In this document: positions 30,421 through 40,373 of the stretch, one piece after another
How positions within the stretch are numbered: the stretch's first letter is position 1
How the letters are laid out: the number at the start of each line of letters is the position of its first letter
Assembly: GCA_041665025.1 (NCBI GenBank)
Contig: JBAYJP010000001.1
Span: 110,555 to 174,554, forward strand
DNA from: Candidatus Magasanikiibacteriota bacterium
GTDB taxonomy: Bacteria; Patescibacteriota; Patescibacteriia; Magasanikbacterales; UBA922
Length of the DNA stretch: 64,000 nt
Direction: 5' to 3'
Made by a program: the position numbers and the translations under genes
Notes under the pieces: generated by a model
What the model was told of the DNA's origin: nothing
What the model saw: only the letters and a program-made list of their open reading frames with translations
Database searches by the model: none

Positions 30421-31651
30421 CTTCCATCGCTTTCTCTAATCCCTTATCCACAAAATCCTCTACTTTTGTCCCGTCAGTACCTTGTTTTTGTACAAACATT
30501 TCTTCAATAACGACATCTGGATCTATTCCTTTGTTGTTAATTTGTCTACCAAGTGGAGTATACCATTCAGCTATAGTCAATTTTAAAGCAGACCCGTCGG
30601 GTAACACTTCAAAATCTTGTACTGAACCTTTTCCAAAACTCTTGTTGCCGACAAGTGTAGCCACCTTATGATCTTGCAGAGCGCCTGCAACTATTTCAGC
30701 ACCAGATGCGGTCCCTTCGTCAATAAGTACGACGGTGGGTATACCTGCTAAACGATGTTGTCCTTCTGAGGTATACGTGGTTTCTTTGCCATCATTAAAG
30801 CGTTCTGAAACTATAGTCCCGCTCGATATCCATTCACTCGCAACCCTCACGGACGTATCCAAATACCCACCTGGATTTGTCCTCATATCCAAAACAATAC
30901 CTTCTGGAGCCGCAAGTAATATTTCTTTGGTTGCTTTATCAAATTCAGTCCACGTCGTGTCATTAAAATACAAAAGCTGTAAATGTATAATACCATTGTC
31001 ATCTTTGTTCCATTTTACCGTTGGGACATTAATCGTATCACGAATAATTGGAATCTCTTTTGCAGTTTCAAATCCATTTTGAGTGATAGTAAGCGTGACT
31101 GTCGACCCTTTGGGACCGCGGATCTTTGTTATTGCTTCCATAATATCGAGACCATTGGTATCTTGTCCATCAATCGCAAGAATTTTATCCAATGGATGAA
31201 GTCCTGCCTTTTCTGCGGGAGAACCTGAAAGCGGGGCTATAATCACAAGCTGTTCGTCACGTTTGCCAATTTCAGCGCCAATACCTTCAAATTCACCGGC
31301 TAAGTCGCTCGTAAATTCTTTTGCTTTTTCTGGTGGAAAATAAATAGAATACGGATCATGGAGACCAGCCACGAGTCCTTGCAAAGATCCATAAAACAGG
31401 TCCACATCACTAACCGGCTGATAAACATATTTTTGTTTTATTTTATCCCATACATCCCAAAATTGATCAAAGCTAACTTCACTTGAACGTGTTGCACTAT
31501 ACAGATCAATGACTTTGGAGATGTCTACTGTCTTATCTTCGTTGGTAAGCGCATGATAGGTGCTATATGACATACCCGCAAAAACACCACCACCAAAAAT
31601 GATAGACAGACCAACAATGATTAATAAAATTTTATTTACCCGTGATTTCAT
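30398..31651 (-). CDS. ctpA: carboxyl-terminal processing protease (S41, PDZ-containing)
   Basis: N-terminal TM, a PDZ domain (GAEIGKRDEQLVIIAPLSGSPAEKAG) and the S41 catalytic region VVLIDEGTASGAEI...GKGSVQ. Confidence 0.85.
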   Translation of the reverse strand: MKSRVNKILLIIVGLSIIFGGGVFAGMSYSTYHALTNEDKTVDISKVIDLYSATRSSEVSFDQFWDVWDKIKQKYVYQPVSDVDLFYGSLQGLVAGLHDPYSIYFPPEKAKEFTSDLAGEFEGIGAEIGKRDEQLVIIAPLSGSPAEKAGLHPLDKILAIDGQDTNGLDIMEAITKIRGPKGSTVTLTITQNGFETAKEIPIIRDTINVPTVKWNKDDNGIIHLQLLYFNDTTWTEFDKATKEILLAAPEGIVLDMRTNPGGYLDTSVRVASEWISSGTIVSERFNDGKETTYTSEGQHRLAGIPTVVLIDEGTASGAEIVAGALQDHKVATLVGNKSFGKGSVQDFEVLPDGSALKLTIAEWYTPLGRQINNKGIDPDVVIEEMFVQKQGTDGTKVEDFVDKGLEKAMEVLKETGN

Positions 31652-31677
31652 ATTAAAATTTTTCCTCTTTAAATAAA

Positions 31678-32934
31678 TTATGCAACTCTCTTAATCTTTG
31701 CCCCTACTGCGGTGAGACGCGATTCTAAATCCTCGTATCCGCGTTCAATATGATGAATATCATTTACAATTGTGGTATTATCAGCGACAAGGCCAGCCAA
31801 TACAAGACTTGCACCAGCGCGTAAATCGGTAGCCAAAACCTCTGCCCCACTTAGCTTCACTCCTCCTTCTATAATGGCTTTATTCCCCTCAACTTTTATA
31901 TGAGCGCCAAGCCTATTGAGTTCAAGCACGTGGCCAAATCTATTTTCAAAAATATTCTCCTTAATCTCACTTATACCTTTAACAAGGCTAAGTAAAACCA
32001 TTGTCTGTGCTTGCAAGTCGGTTGGAAACCCCGGATAAGGCTCTGTGTCTATCGAAACACATTTTAGCTTACCAAGTTCTGCTGAAACTTTTATACTTTG
32101 CTGCGTTATATCAAATTTAACCCCCATTTGTTCTAATTTTGAAATAAAACCTCCCAAATGTCTTGAATTTGTCTTTTCTATCTCAATGCCGCAACCAGTA
32201 ATTAGTGAAGCAATAATAAAGGTGCCTGTTTCAATCCTGTCTGGAATAATTGTGTATTCGCCTGGCGTTAATTTTTCAACACCCTGGATAGATAATGTAT
32301 CTGTGCCAATCCCTTCAATTTTGGCGCCCATACTCACTAGAAAATTGCACAGATCTTCTACTTCTGGCTCTTTGGCTGCATTATGAATTATCGTGGTGCC
32401 GTGCGCTTTTACCGCAGCCATTACAATATTTTCTGTGCCTGTGACAGTTACCAAATCAAGATTCATTTCTTTTCCAACCAATTCATGCGCTTGCACATTG
32501 ACGAAACCGTGTTCTATATTTACGTGCGCGCCCAAAGCTTCAAAACCCTTGAGATGAACATCTACAGGTCGCGTACCGATGGCACACCCACCAGGCAAAG
32601 GCACCGAAGCCCGTTTTTTATGCGCCAGCAACGGCCCCATGACGACAAAAGAAGCCCTCATAGCCTTGACGAGCTCATAGGGTGCCTTGGTATCAGCTAT
32701 ACCCGAATTTATAATTTTGTATGAATGCTCCTCCACTCTTTCTGTCTTTAGACCAAACCCGTGCAAGAGGTTGATCATTGTTTCAACATCTTTTAAATCG
32801 GGGATATTATGCAAAATATATTCTCCCTCTTCAATCAATGTACATGCTAAAATAGGAAGGGCCGCATTTTTTGATCCATGTATACTCAAAATACCTTTCA
32901 ATGTAGTCCCTCCTTGGATAGAAAATCTGGCCAT
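31678..32934 (-). CDS. murA: UDP-N-acetylglucosamine 1-carboxyvinyltransferase
   Basis: Full-length MurA (418 aa) with the catalytic Cys context LPGGCAIGTRPVD. Confidence 0.95.
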   Translation of the reverse strand: MARFSIQGGTTLKGILSIHGSKNAALPILACTLIEEGEYILHNIPDLKDVETMINLLHGFGLKTERVEEHSYKIINSGIADTKAPYELVKAMRASFVVMGPLLAHKKRASVPLPGGCAIGTRPVDVHLKGFEALGAHVNIEHGFVNVQAHELVGKEMNLDLVTVTGTENIVMAAVKAHGTTIIHNAAKEPEVEDLCNFLVSMGAKIEGIGTDTLSIQGVEKLTPGEYTIIPDRIETGTFIIASLITGCGIEIEKTNSRHLGGFISKLEQMGVKFDITQQSIKVSAELGKLKCVSIDTEPYPGFPTDLQAQTMVLLSLVKGISEIKENIFENRFGHVLELNRLGAHIKVEGNKAIIEGGVKLSGAEVLATDLRAGASLVLAGLVADNTTIVNDIHHIERGYEDLESRLTAVGAKIKRVA

Positions 32935-32986
32935 ACTGCAGGTTGATTTTATCTAAATACAATGGTATGATTATACATAATTTCAT

Positions 32987-34357
32987 ATGGCAAAGCAAAT
33001 TAAAAAAGACTTCCAACCACATACACTGGTAACAGGAAAATACCTAGGCAAAAAAATGCGCCGATTTATTATGATTGTGCTCATCAGCGCTTTTTTTATT
33101 GCTTCCCCGCTGGTGATTTTTTATACTGCGGGTTATCGCTATGACTTAATCCAAAGAACCATTAAACAAACGGGGGTACTCAGTGTTGACATAAAACCAA
33201 TTGACGCGGAAATTTATTTAAATGAAGTAAAAATTGAAAAAAAAATACCTATACGCCTCACTAATCGAGCACCAGGAACATATCATATCAAAATCCAAAA
33301 AGAAGGATACAAACCATGGGAAAAAGACATTACCATACAAAGCAACCAAACGACATTTATAAAAGATGTAATCCTGTTAAAGAATGCTGCACCTCAACTA
33401 ATTCCCCACATTCCCGAGAATACCACACAAATATTTGGCTCTGAATTCCATGACAATTTTCTTATCCTGACACAAGATGAAAATACATACGAGATATACA
33501 TATATAATACGCGGACGCAGACAACAGAGTCTCTCATACGAGGCATGAGTGTATCACAACCTCAGATATCTGTCTCTCCTTTCCAAGAAGTTGCATACGC
33601 GCGTTTTGATGAGACAGATGATGGATCGTCAATACTTTATCTGATATCATTATCAAACCTAGAAAAACCAGTGGTCTTGCACTACAACAAGCCTATATAC
33701 ATACAATGGAGTAAAACTGCCAGTGACTCTCCTTTATTTATACAATCAGAAAACACCATTAGGAACATTTCCTTGTCTGGGGTACAAAATATAATTGCAA
33801 GAGCAGTAAGTAGCAGTATATGGTATGTTGATACCAATAACCACGTATGGACATACGACACACATACACTTAATAATCTCAGTACGCAAAAAGTATATTC
33901 TCTTACACAAGAGCCTAGATTAATTCTTGATATCAATGAATATAGAGTCATCACACAGAGCATGGATAATAAAACATTTGTGTATCAGCCGGACAAAGAC
34001 AGACTAACAGAAAAAAGATCTCTGCCAGGTACAAAGATATTTTATAAGAGAGACACAAAAGAGTGGTGGATTTGGTCTGATTGGGAATTAAGCAGTGTAT
34101 ATAATGATGGTGGTATAAACCTGCTTGAGCGCGGTGGAGAAAAAATAAAAAACGCCATGCTGCTTGATTTGAGTGGCGTTATGTTATTTGTCTATGACAA
34201 TAAATTTGCGAGTTTCAATCCGGGATACTATGTACGACACGAACTTCTTCAAACAGACAGTACCATACTGGATACCTTTGTAAACCTACGCCAGCGAAAG
34301 ATATTTTATATGATTAATGAAAATGGAAAAAATAATGTATATGCTCTTGCATACTAG
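32987..34357 (+). CDS. PEGA domain-containing membrane-anchored protein
   Basis: N-terminal TM, then a PEGA motif (TYHIKIQKEGYKPWEKDITI), then a long beta-rich region. Confidence 0.55.
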   Translation: MAKQIKKDFQPHTLVTGKYLGKKMRRFIMIVLISAFFIASPLVIFYTAGYRYDLIQRTIKQTGVLSVDIKPIDAEIYLNEVKIEKKIPIRLTNRAPGTYHIKIQKEGYKPWEKDITIQSNQTTFIKDVILLKNAAPQLIPHIPENTTQIFGSEFHDNFLILTQDENTYEIYIYNTRTQTTESLIRGMSVSQPQISVSPFQEVAYARFDETDDGSSILYLISLSNLEKPVVLHYNKPIYIQWSKTASDSPLFIQSENTIRNISLSGVQNIIARAVSSSIWYVDTNNHVWTYDTHTLNNLSTQKVYSLTQEPRLILDINEYRVITQSMDNKTFVYQPDKDRLTEKRSLPGTKIFYKRDTKEWWIWSDWELSSVYNDGGINLLERGGEKIKNAMLLDLSGVMLFVYDNKFASFNPGYYVRHELLQTDSTILDTFVNLRQRKIFYMINENGKNNVYALAY

Positions 34358-35490
34358 TGTTCCACAATAGCCTTGTCTCCTATAATCATTGAACGGCCCT
34401 CTTCGGAGGGCTTTTTGACAAGCCGAACATGTTTTCCAATCATACTGTTGTGTATATGCAAATCAGTATCAATAAAGCTATGATCAAAAATAATGCTTTT
34501 TTCAATTGTTGCATTTCGTACTTCTGCCCCAGAACCAATAGTTACATGCGGGCCAATACGGCAATGTTCTAACACACAGTTTTCTCCAATGATAACCGGG
34601 CCTAACATAACAACATCATGTGCTACGCGTGATCCCCTGCCTATATGCACATTACCAGAAATCTGGGCTCCCGATTCAACCGTACCATGATTAGGAAAAT
34701 CTTCTGCGGACATTTGATCTAGTAACATTCTGTTTGCATTGAGAAGATCCTCGGGCTTTCCTGTATCTTTCCACCACCCCGTAATTTCTTTCCACCCGAC
34801 ACGATGGTTATTCTTCAAAAGATAGGAATGAATGTCAGAAATTTCGTATTCTCCACGCGCACTTCGCTCAATATGGTCAAACGCCTCGAAAAAAACACGA
34901 GGGCCATACAGATACATGCCAGTGACCGCGAAATTGTTTGGTGGATCCTGAGGCTTTTCTATAACTTTGACGAGGTTGCCCTTGTCATCAAAAATAGGAA
35001 CACCGAATGCCTTTGCATTAGGGACTTGTGCGAAAGCAAGCATACAATCATATTTTTCTTTGCTAAATTTTTCAAATGTCTCTTTCAAACTGCCGAGCAA
35101 AATATTGTCCGACAAATAAAACATAAATGGATCATCTCCAATAAACTTCTGCGCTTCTTTTACCACATGAGCGATTCCCTGCGGTCCGCCTGTTTGTTCA
35201 AAAAATTTGATTTTTATTCCCCAATGTCCTCCATCGCCCACATATTTTGCGAGCTCGGTATCACCTGGGTTAGTATTGATAAAAATCTCTTCTACACCAG
35301 CTTCTACTGCTTTTTCTATAGCATGAAAAATCATCGGCTTATTTGCCAACGGAATGAGGTGTTTATTGATTGTTGTTGTGATCGGATGCAATCGCGTTGC
35401 GTGTCCACCACCGGTTAATATTGCTTTTCTTATTTTCATATAACTTAGTTCATCCCGAGAAGGTCCCAAGACCGACGAGGGATCTTTCAT
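34354..35490 (-). CDS. sugar-phosphate nucleotidyltransferase with C-terminal left-handed beta-helix (long-form RmlA/GlmU-like glucose-1-phosphate thymidylyltransferase)
   Basis: KAILTGGGHATRLHPITT (a G-x-G-T-R-L-type NTP-transferase motif) plus C-terminal hexapeptide repeats. Confidence 0.7.
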   Translation of the reverse strand: MKDPSSVLGPSRDELSYMKIRKAILTGGGHATRLHPITTTINKHLIPLANKPMIFHAIEKAVEAGVEEIFINTNPGDTELAKYVGDGGHWGIKIKFFEQTGGPQGIAHVVKEAQKFIGDDPFMFYLSDNILLGSLKETFEKFSKEKYDCMLAFAQVPNAKAFGVPIFDDKGNLVKVIEKPQDPPNNFAVTGMYLYGPRVFFEAFDHIERSARGEYEISDIHSYLLKNNHRVGWKEITGWWKDTGKPEDLLNANRMLLDQMSAEDFPNHGTVESGAQISGNVHIGRGSRVAHDVVMLGPVIIGENCVLEHCRIGPHVTIGSGAEVRNATIEKSIIFDHSFIDTDLHIHNSMIGKHVRLVKKPSEEGRSMIIGDKAIVEH

Positions 35491-35510
35491 ACACTAATCG
35501 TATTTTCATT

Positions 35511-35840
35511 TCAAAATAATGATCTAATTTTCGACATCTCAATAACAAGCTGATACAAATCATTCCATTCCGGATTTTCCTTTTTAATTAATGCCATTTT
35601 CTTCTCTCTTCTCCACGTTTTCATTTGACGTTCTCGTTTGAAGGCCTCGTCCATGGAATAATAATGTTCCCAATATACTAATCTGTTTGTCTTATATTTT
35701 TTACTAAAAGAATTTTGATATGTTCCTTTCTTATGCTGCTTAATTCTTGTAACCAGACAATCTGTGAATCCAACATATATAACCCCGCTGATACTTGCTG
35801 TAATATACACATAATAATATTTCCTACTTGATTGTTTCAT
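35511..35840 (-). CDS. GIY-YIG nuclease superfamily protein
   Basis: YYYVYI...GVIYVGFT...R...H... spacing is typical of small GIY-YIG proteins. Confidence 0.75.
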   Translation of the reverse strand: MKQSSRKYYYVYITASISGVIYVGFTDCLVTRIKQHKKGTYQNSFSKKYKTNRLVYWEHYYSMDEAFKRERQMKTWRREKKMALIKKENPEWNDLYQLVIEMSKIRSLF

Positions 35841-35909
35841 ACAATCCTCTATGATTATCCTTCGAAAGATTCCTCGTCGGAATCGAATCCTCCTCGGAAT
35901 GAATGGGCT

Positions 35910-37010
35910 CTACCACCAAATCAACCCCCTCACCACCACCCAATAATATACCTTCATCACCGGATTTCCAATGTACTTCAAAATCGGATTTTCCATTGTT
36001 CTTTCTTGAAAATAAATACCTGTGACTGCATAGGACATCAAAAATCGGTCACTCACCTTCCGCATAGATTGAATTTTTTTTCTTTTATTGATCCACAATT
36101 TCCAATGCTTTCCATGGGTCCAGTACTTATACACCTTCATGCGCTCTTTAGCCCAGCCGCCCTTCGCGGCAAACAACCACAAACCAAGCTCGAGAATAAC
36201 ACCCATAGGCAACAAAAGCAATAGTGTTGGCCATCTGAAAAACATCAGCATAGTACCATACCGATTTCGTTCCATCCAATAAAACTTGGTAATACTCCGG
36301 CTAAATTGGTATTTATGATAAAAAATAGAATCACTAACCAAAGCTATTTTATATCCAACTGCACGCAAACGAAATGACCATTCCAAATCTTCATGATACA
36401 AGAAAAAATCATTGTCCCACGCGCCATATTGTTTGATAAGATCAGCACGTGTCATAAGAGCAGCTCCGCTTGCATATGAAACTTCCTGCACCTTGTTATA
36501 CTTCATATCTCTAAATTTGGTACGATAATTATTACAGTAACCAAATCCTAGATAGTGGAATGAATTTCCATCACTATTAATAAGTTCCGTATCTGGATGC
36601 AAGAGCATAAGTGACTGAGCCAGACCAATAGTTTTATCTTGTTCCATAGCTTCAACAAGCGGTTCCAAAGCATTACTGGCCAAAAATCCATCATTATTAT
36701 GAAAAAATATATAATCAAACCCGTGTTCAATAGCCCATTGCGCACCAATATTATTACCACCAGCAAATCCAAGGTTTTCTTTTTGCGCCAATAATGTTGC
36801 GTGCGGAATTTCTTTGTCAGATAATGGCATGACATTTTCTTCGATAAAACGAACCGAGGGTCCATGTTCAGGATGTGGATTATCAACAATAATAAATTCA
36901 ATCTTATCTTTTGGATACGTTATCTTCTTTAATGCAGACACCACATCGTCTATGTATGGCTCACAATGGAATGAAAGATATACAATGGCGATTTTTGGAT
37001 AATTACTCAT
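35910..37010 (-). CDS. glycosyltransferase family 2
   Basis: IAIVYLSF...IIVDN plus DxD-type region. GT-A fold signature. Confidence 0.8.
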   Translation of the reverse strand: MSNYPKIAIVYLSFHCEPYIDDVVSALKKITYPKDKIEFIIVDNPHPEHGPSVRFIEENVMPLSDKEIPHATLLAQKENLGFAGGNNIGAQWAIEHGFDYIFFHNNDGFLASNALEPLVEAMEQDKTIGLAQSLMLLHPDTELINSDGNSFHYLGFGYCNNYRTKFRDMKYNKVQEVSYASGAALMTRADLIKQYGAWDNDFFLYHEDLEWSFRLRAVGYKIALVSDSIFYHKYQFSRSITKFYWMERNRYGTMLMFFRWPTLLLLLPMGVILELGLWLFAAKGGWAKERMKVYKYWTHGKHWKLWINKRKKIQSMRKVSDRFLMSYAVTGIYFQERTMENPILKYIGNPVMKVYYWVVVRGLIWW

Positions 37011-37020
37011 ATCTAATCGA

Positions 37021-37854
37021 TTAACGTTTAACGATATAATACTTATGATTTGTACGCCATTTCCACATATACTTAAACCAACTCAGAAGATGAATGCGAG
37101 CAAGTTTGTTCTTTATCAACGCCTTAAAAATACCGGGAACTTTTGCTGAACCGCGTCCATGAAAATGCTTTATAACAATGCTATGTACATAGTATACAGG
37201 CCAGCCAGCTTCCCACATACGACGGCACAAGTCGCTGTCCTCTGCATACATCCAATATCTCTCATCAAATAAACCTACTTGTTTGAGAGTTGACCCGCGT
37301 GCAAACATAGCCGAGCCCATGATCCAATCTACCGGCGTAGTTGCATTATGGTCAAAATCTTTCATCAAAAAATGATCATTGATTTTTTTACCAAACCCCA
37401 TCTGACCTAATTTTGTCCTGCTAAATAATGGCTGCCAAAAAAGAGGAAAACGATAACACGAATACTGCAAGGAACCATCAGCATTAATAATTTTCGGCCC
37501 AATCATTCCTATTTTGGAATGGGACTCCATAAAATCAAACATCTTTTTCATGATGTGCTGGCCATCAACAAAGACCGTGTCTGGATTCAAAATAAAATGG
37601 TATGTTGCTTGAATTGAATTCAAACCAATGTTTTGTGCGTGTCCAAAACCTTTATTTTCATTCAGTGAAATGACATTAACGGCTGGAAATTTTTCTTTAA
37701 GCATCTCATCTACATTATCATCGGATTTATTATCTACGACAACAATGCTTAAATCCAATCCATCTCCCTCAACATCTTCATACAAAGAATTCAGACATTG
37801 TTTTATGTCTTGTCTCATCTTGTAATTTACAATGATAATGTTTATGTCTTTCAT
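37021..37854 (-). CDS. glycosyltransferase family 2
   Basis: INIIIVNYK...VVVDNKSDD and a downstream YAEDSDL (DxD). Confidence 0.8.
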   Translation of the reverse strand: MKDINIIIVNYKMRQDIKQCLNSLYEDVEGDGLDLSIVVVDNKSDDNVDEMLKEKFPAVNVISLNENKGFGHAQNIGLNSIQATYHFILNPDTVFVDGQHIMKKMFDFMESHSKIGMIGPKIINADGSLQYSCYRFPLFWQPLFSRTKLGQMGFGKKINDHFLMKDFDHNATTPVDWIMGSAMFARGSTLKQVGLFDERYWMYAEDSDLCRRMWEAGWPVYYVHSIVIKHFHGRGSAKVPGIFKALIKNKLARIHLLSWFKYMWKWRTNHKYYIVKR

Positions 37855-38276
37855 AACGAAAACTCTTGAGTTTTTTTCAATGCCGTAACAAGTAGTTCCT
37901 TTAGTTCCTTTAATGATAAACTGCTATAGTTATTCATACGGTCAACTAGCTCATCTAAATCTCTAATAAATTTCTGATATTTTTCTTGTTTGAGAGCCTC
38001 ATCAATCATGGGATATTGTCTATAATTTTTATCAGCGTCTAAAAATTTTTTTACCAAAACACCTCCATTGGTTTTTTCAATATCTCTTAGAGAAACCATC
38101 CAACCACTTTTCTCTCGTAACACCCCTACAACAAAATTAAATGCTGCGAGATCATTACGATAATCTTTGATAGCCCACGCTAAATCAAACCCTCTTTGCT
38201 CTTGTCTTCCATCGTCCACCATATGATTATATTTTAAATTATAGGTTATCTCCACCACTTCCTTATTTCCCTCCAT
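37851..38276 (-). CDS. hypothetical protein
   Basis: 141-aa ORF translationally coupled inside the GT2 gene string. Confidence 0.45.
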   Translation of the reverse strand: MEGNKEVVEITYNLKYNHMVDDGRQEQRGFDLAWAIKDYRNDLAAFNFVVGVLREKSGWMVSLRDIEKTNGGVLVKKFLDADKNYRQYPMIDEALKQEKYQKFIRDLDELVDRMNNYSSLSLKELKELLVTALKKTQEFSL

Positions 38277-39379
38277 CCGACTTTTCTCAAGCTTTTAATC
38301 TTTAATCTTTTAATCTTCAAATCTTTTCGGTTTTTCCATATCTCTGCCCAGCCTCTCAAAACCGCTCTATCAAACAACAAAAACCATACGAATTTCTTCA
38401 ATTCATACCATTTTATAAAGACCGCGTCAAGGAGCCAATTCTGCCAATATTCATTTTTATACAATGTCATGAGATGATTTTTGTAACTATGATACTTTAC
38501 CCACTCAGATTGTTTCTTCTTATTTTCTACGGCTGCACTGTCTCCCATCTCTTGTGGGCCAGCGGCAGAACGGTCATGATATGCGACCGTATCAAGTAAC
38601 ACGTACGATTTAAATCCTGCAGACTGTAATCGAAATGCTAAATCCACATCTTCTTTGTACGAATGATATGATTCATCTAAAAATGATCCGTCGCCAAACT
38701 TTACTGCTTCAATTGCAGCACGTCTATACAAGGGAAACGCCCCAGATACGCCAAACACTTCAAGCGCCGTTCCATCTCCGTTAAATCGTTCAGCACGATA
38801 CGACATCTTCATCTTTGGTTCAAGCACAGACCAATCTTTGCCTGTATATTTTTCTATTACCCGTCTGTTGCGGAATATTTTTAAACCCAAGGCATCAATA
38901 TTATTACTCAAGGAATCTTCAATTCTGCGTTCTGCGTTCTCAATTCTACATTTGCCAAAGTCCCATCTCATCAGCCGAGGGCTTACGACAGCAACGTCTT
39001 CATGAGTATCCATAAACTTCACCATTTTTTCCAAGCAATCGGGCATAAGATACATATCTTGGTTGAGCAACAAAACATATTCTCCTACTCCCTGATCCTT
39101 ATTCCCTGTTCCCCTAAATAACTGATTATGCCCCCCTGCAAATCCCTTATTCTCTTTATTTTCAATTAACTCCACTTCAACAGGAAAATTTTTCTTGTCC
39201 GCCGTAGCTTTAGCGAAGGTGGAAATCTCAGTCTTAATTTCTCGAAGTGTATCATCAGTTGATGCATTATCTAAGATTATCAGACGCCAATCTTTGAAAG
39301 TTTGTTTTCTTAGCGAATCAAAAAGATACGGGATATATTTTCCACCGTTCCAAGTTACTAAATGTACACTAAGTTTCAT
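38246..39379 (-). CDS. glycosyltransferase family 2
   Basis: LSVHLVTWNGGKYI...IILDNASTD. It contains an in-frame family H repeat (GTGNKDQGVGE) and a C-terminal family E repeat encoding KIKRLKIKS. Confidence 0.8.
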   Translation of the reverse strand: MKLSVHLVTWNGGKYIPYLFDSLRKQTFKDWRLIILDNASTDDTLREIKTEISTFAKATADKKNFPVEVELIENKENKGFAGGHNQLFRGTGNKDQGVGEYVLLLNQDMYLMPDCLEKMVKFMDTHEDVAVVSPRLMRWDFGKCRIENAERRIEDSLSNNIDALGLKIFRNRRVIEKYTGKDWSVLEPKMKMSYRAERFNGDGTALEVFGVSGAFPLYRRAAIEAVKFGDGSFLDESYHSYKEDVDLAFRLQSAGFKSYVLLDTVAYHDRSAAGPQEMGDSAAVENKKKQSEWVKYHSYKNHLMTLYKNEYWQNWLLDAVFIKWYELKKFVWFLLFDRAVLRGWAEIWKNRKDLKIKRLKIKSLRKVGWREIRKWWR

Positions 39380-39452
39380 AAGTTTTCTAAGTAACTAAGT
39401 TCACTAAGTAACAACTTAGAAAACTTAGCTAACTTAGCTACTTAGACAACTT
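39366..39452. repeat. palindromic intergenic repeat, family C (actaagt / acttagt words)
   Basis: cactaagtttcataagttttctaagtaactaagttcactaagtaacaacttagaaaacttagctaacttagctacttagacaactta. The second copy is at 59540-59640. Confidence 0.6.
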
Positions 39453-40289
39453 ATCGTTGACCCACGCCATAAAAATTCCAATCGGCCTAAGCAATGCAAT
39501 CCACATCCACTTCCACCACGGTTCCCACTTTTTAAAATATATCGACATTGACTTCGTAAACTGTTTTTGTTTCCACAATGTCGTTCTCTTCTTGAAACTC
39601 TGCCCCACATAGTCAACACAAGTGACAACAGGCGTATACATTACTTTCATACCTAACTTTTTTACCTCTCTACAAATATCCACATCTTCAAACCAAAAAA
39701 AATACCTAGGATCCCATGCCCATCCCAATTTTTCTACCACTTCCCGACGCATGAGCATAAAAGCTCCACGCACAGTATCAACTTCCTGTTCTTTTTCAGG
39801 ATCAAAATCTTTCATAAGATACGAATCTAATATCTTAGGGAAGATATGTGGCAATTTGAGAATAAGTGCAATTTGGTTTAAGACCGTTGGAAATCGACGC
39901 GGGCCAGCTTCAGGTTTAAAATTTCCTTGTGTATCAACTAGTTTACAACTTCCAATACCAACGTCTACATGTTCGTCCATCCACTTAACCATAATATCTA
40001 AACTCCCCTCTTGTACGCGCATATCGGGATTCAAAAAAAGGAGATAATGACCTTGTGCTATTTCAACGCCTGTATTATTTGCAGGCCCAAAACCTATGTT
40101 TGCGTTATTTTCAACAACCTTAACATTTGGAAATTCTTTTTTGATATAATCGACAGTGCCATCTTTTGAACCATTATCTGAAATAATTTCTTCACATATT
40201 ATTTCTTTACAACCCTTAAAAACCGAGTTTATTTGCTCGGTGATATTTTTTTTATTATTCCATGTAACAGTTATAATTGATAAGTTCAT
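39438..40289 (-). CDS. glycosyltransferase family 2
   Basis: LSIITVTWNN...IISDNGSKDGT, FEDVD. Confidence 0.8.
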   Translation of the reverse strand: MNLSIITVTWNNKKNITEQINSVFKGCKEIICEEIISDNGSKDGTVDYIKKEFPNVKVVENNANIGFGPANNTGVEIAQGHYLLFLNPDMRVQEGSLDIMVKWMDEHVDVGIGSCKLVDTQGNFKPEAGPRRFPTVLNQIALILKLPHIFPKILDSYLMKDFDPEKEQEVDTVRGAFMLMRREVVEKLGWAWDPRYFFWFEDVDICREVKKLGMKVMYTPVVTCVDYVGQSFKKRTTLWKQKQFTKSMSIYFKKWEPWWKWMWIALLRPIGIFMAWVNDKLSK

Positions 40290-40373
40290 AAAGGAACACA
40301 GATGTAACTGATTAAACAGATTTTCCCAGATTACAAATCTGTTTCCAACTGTCTAATCTATTGGATCTGTGTA

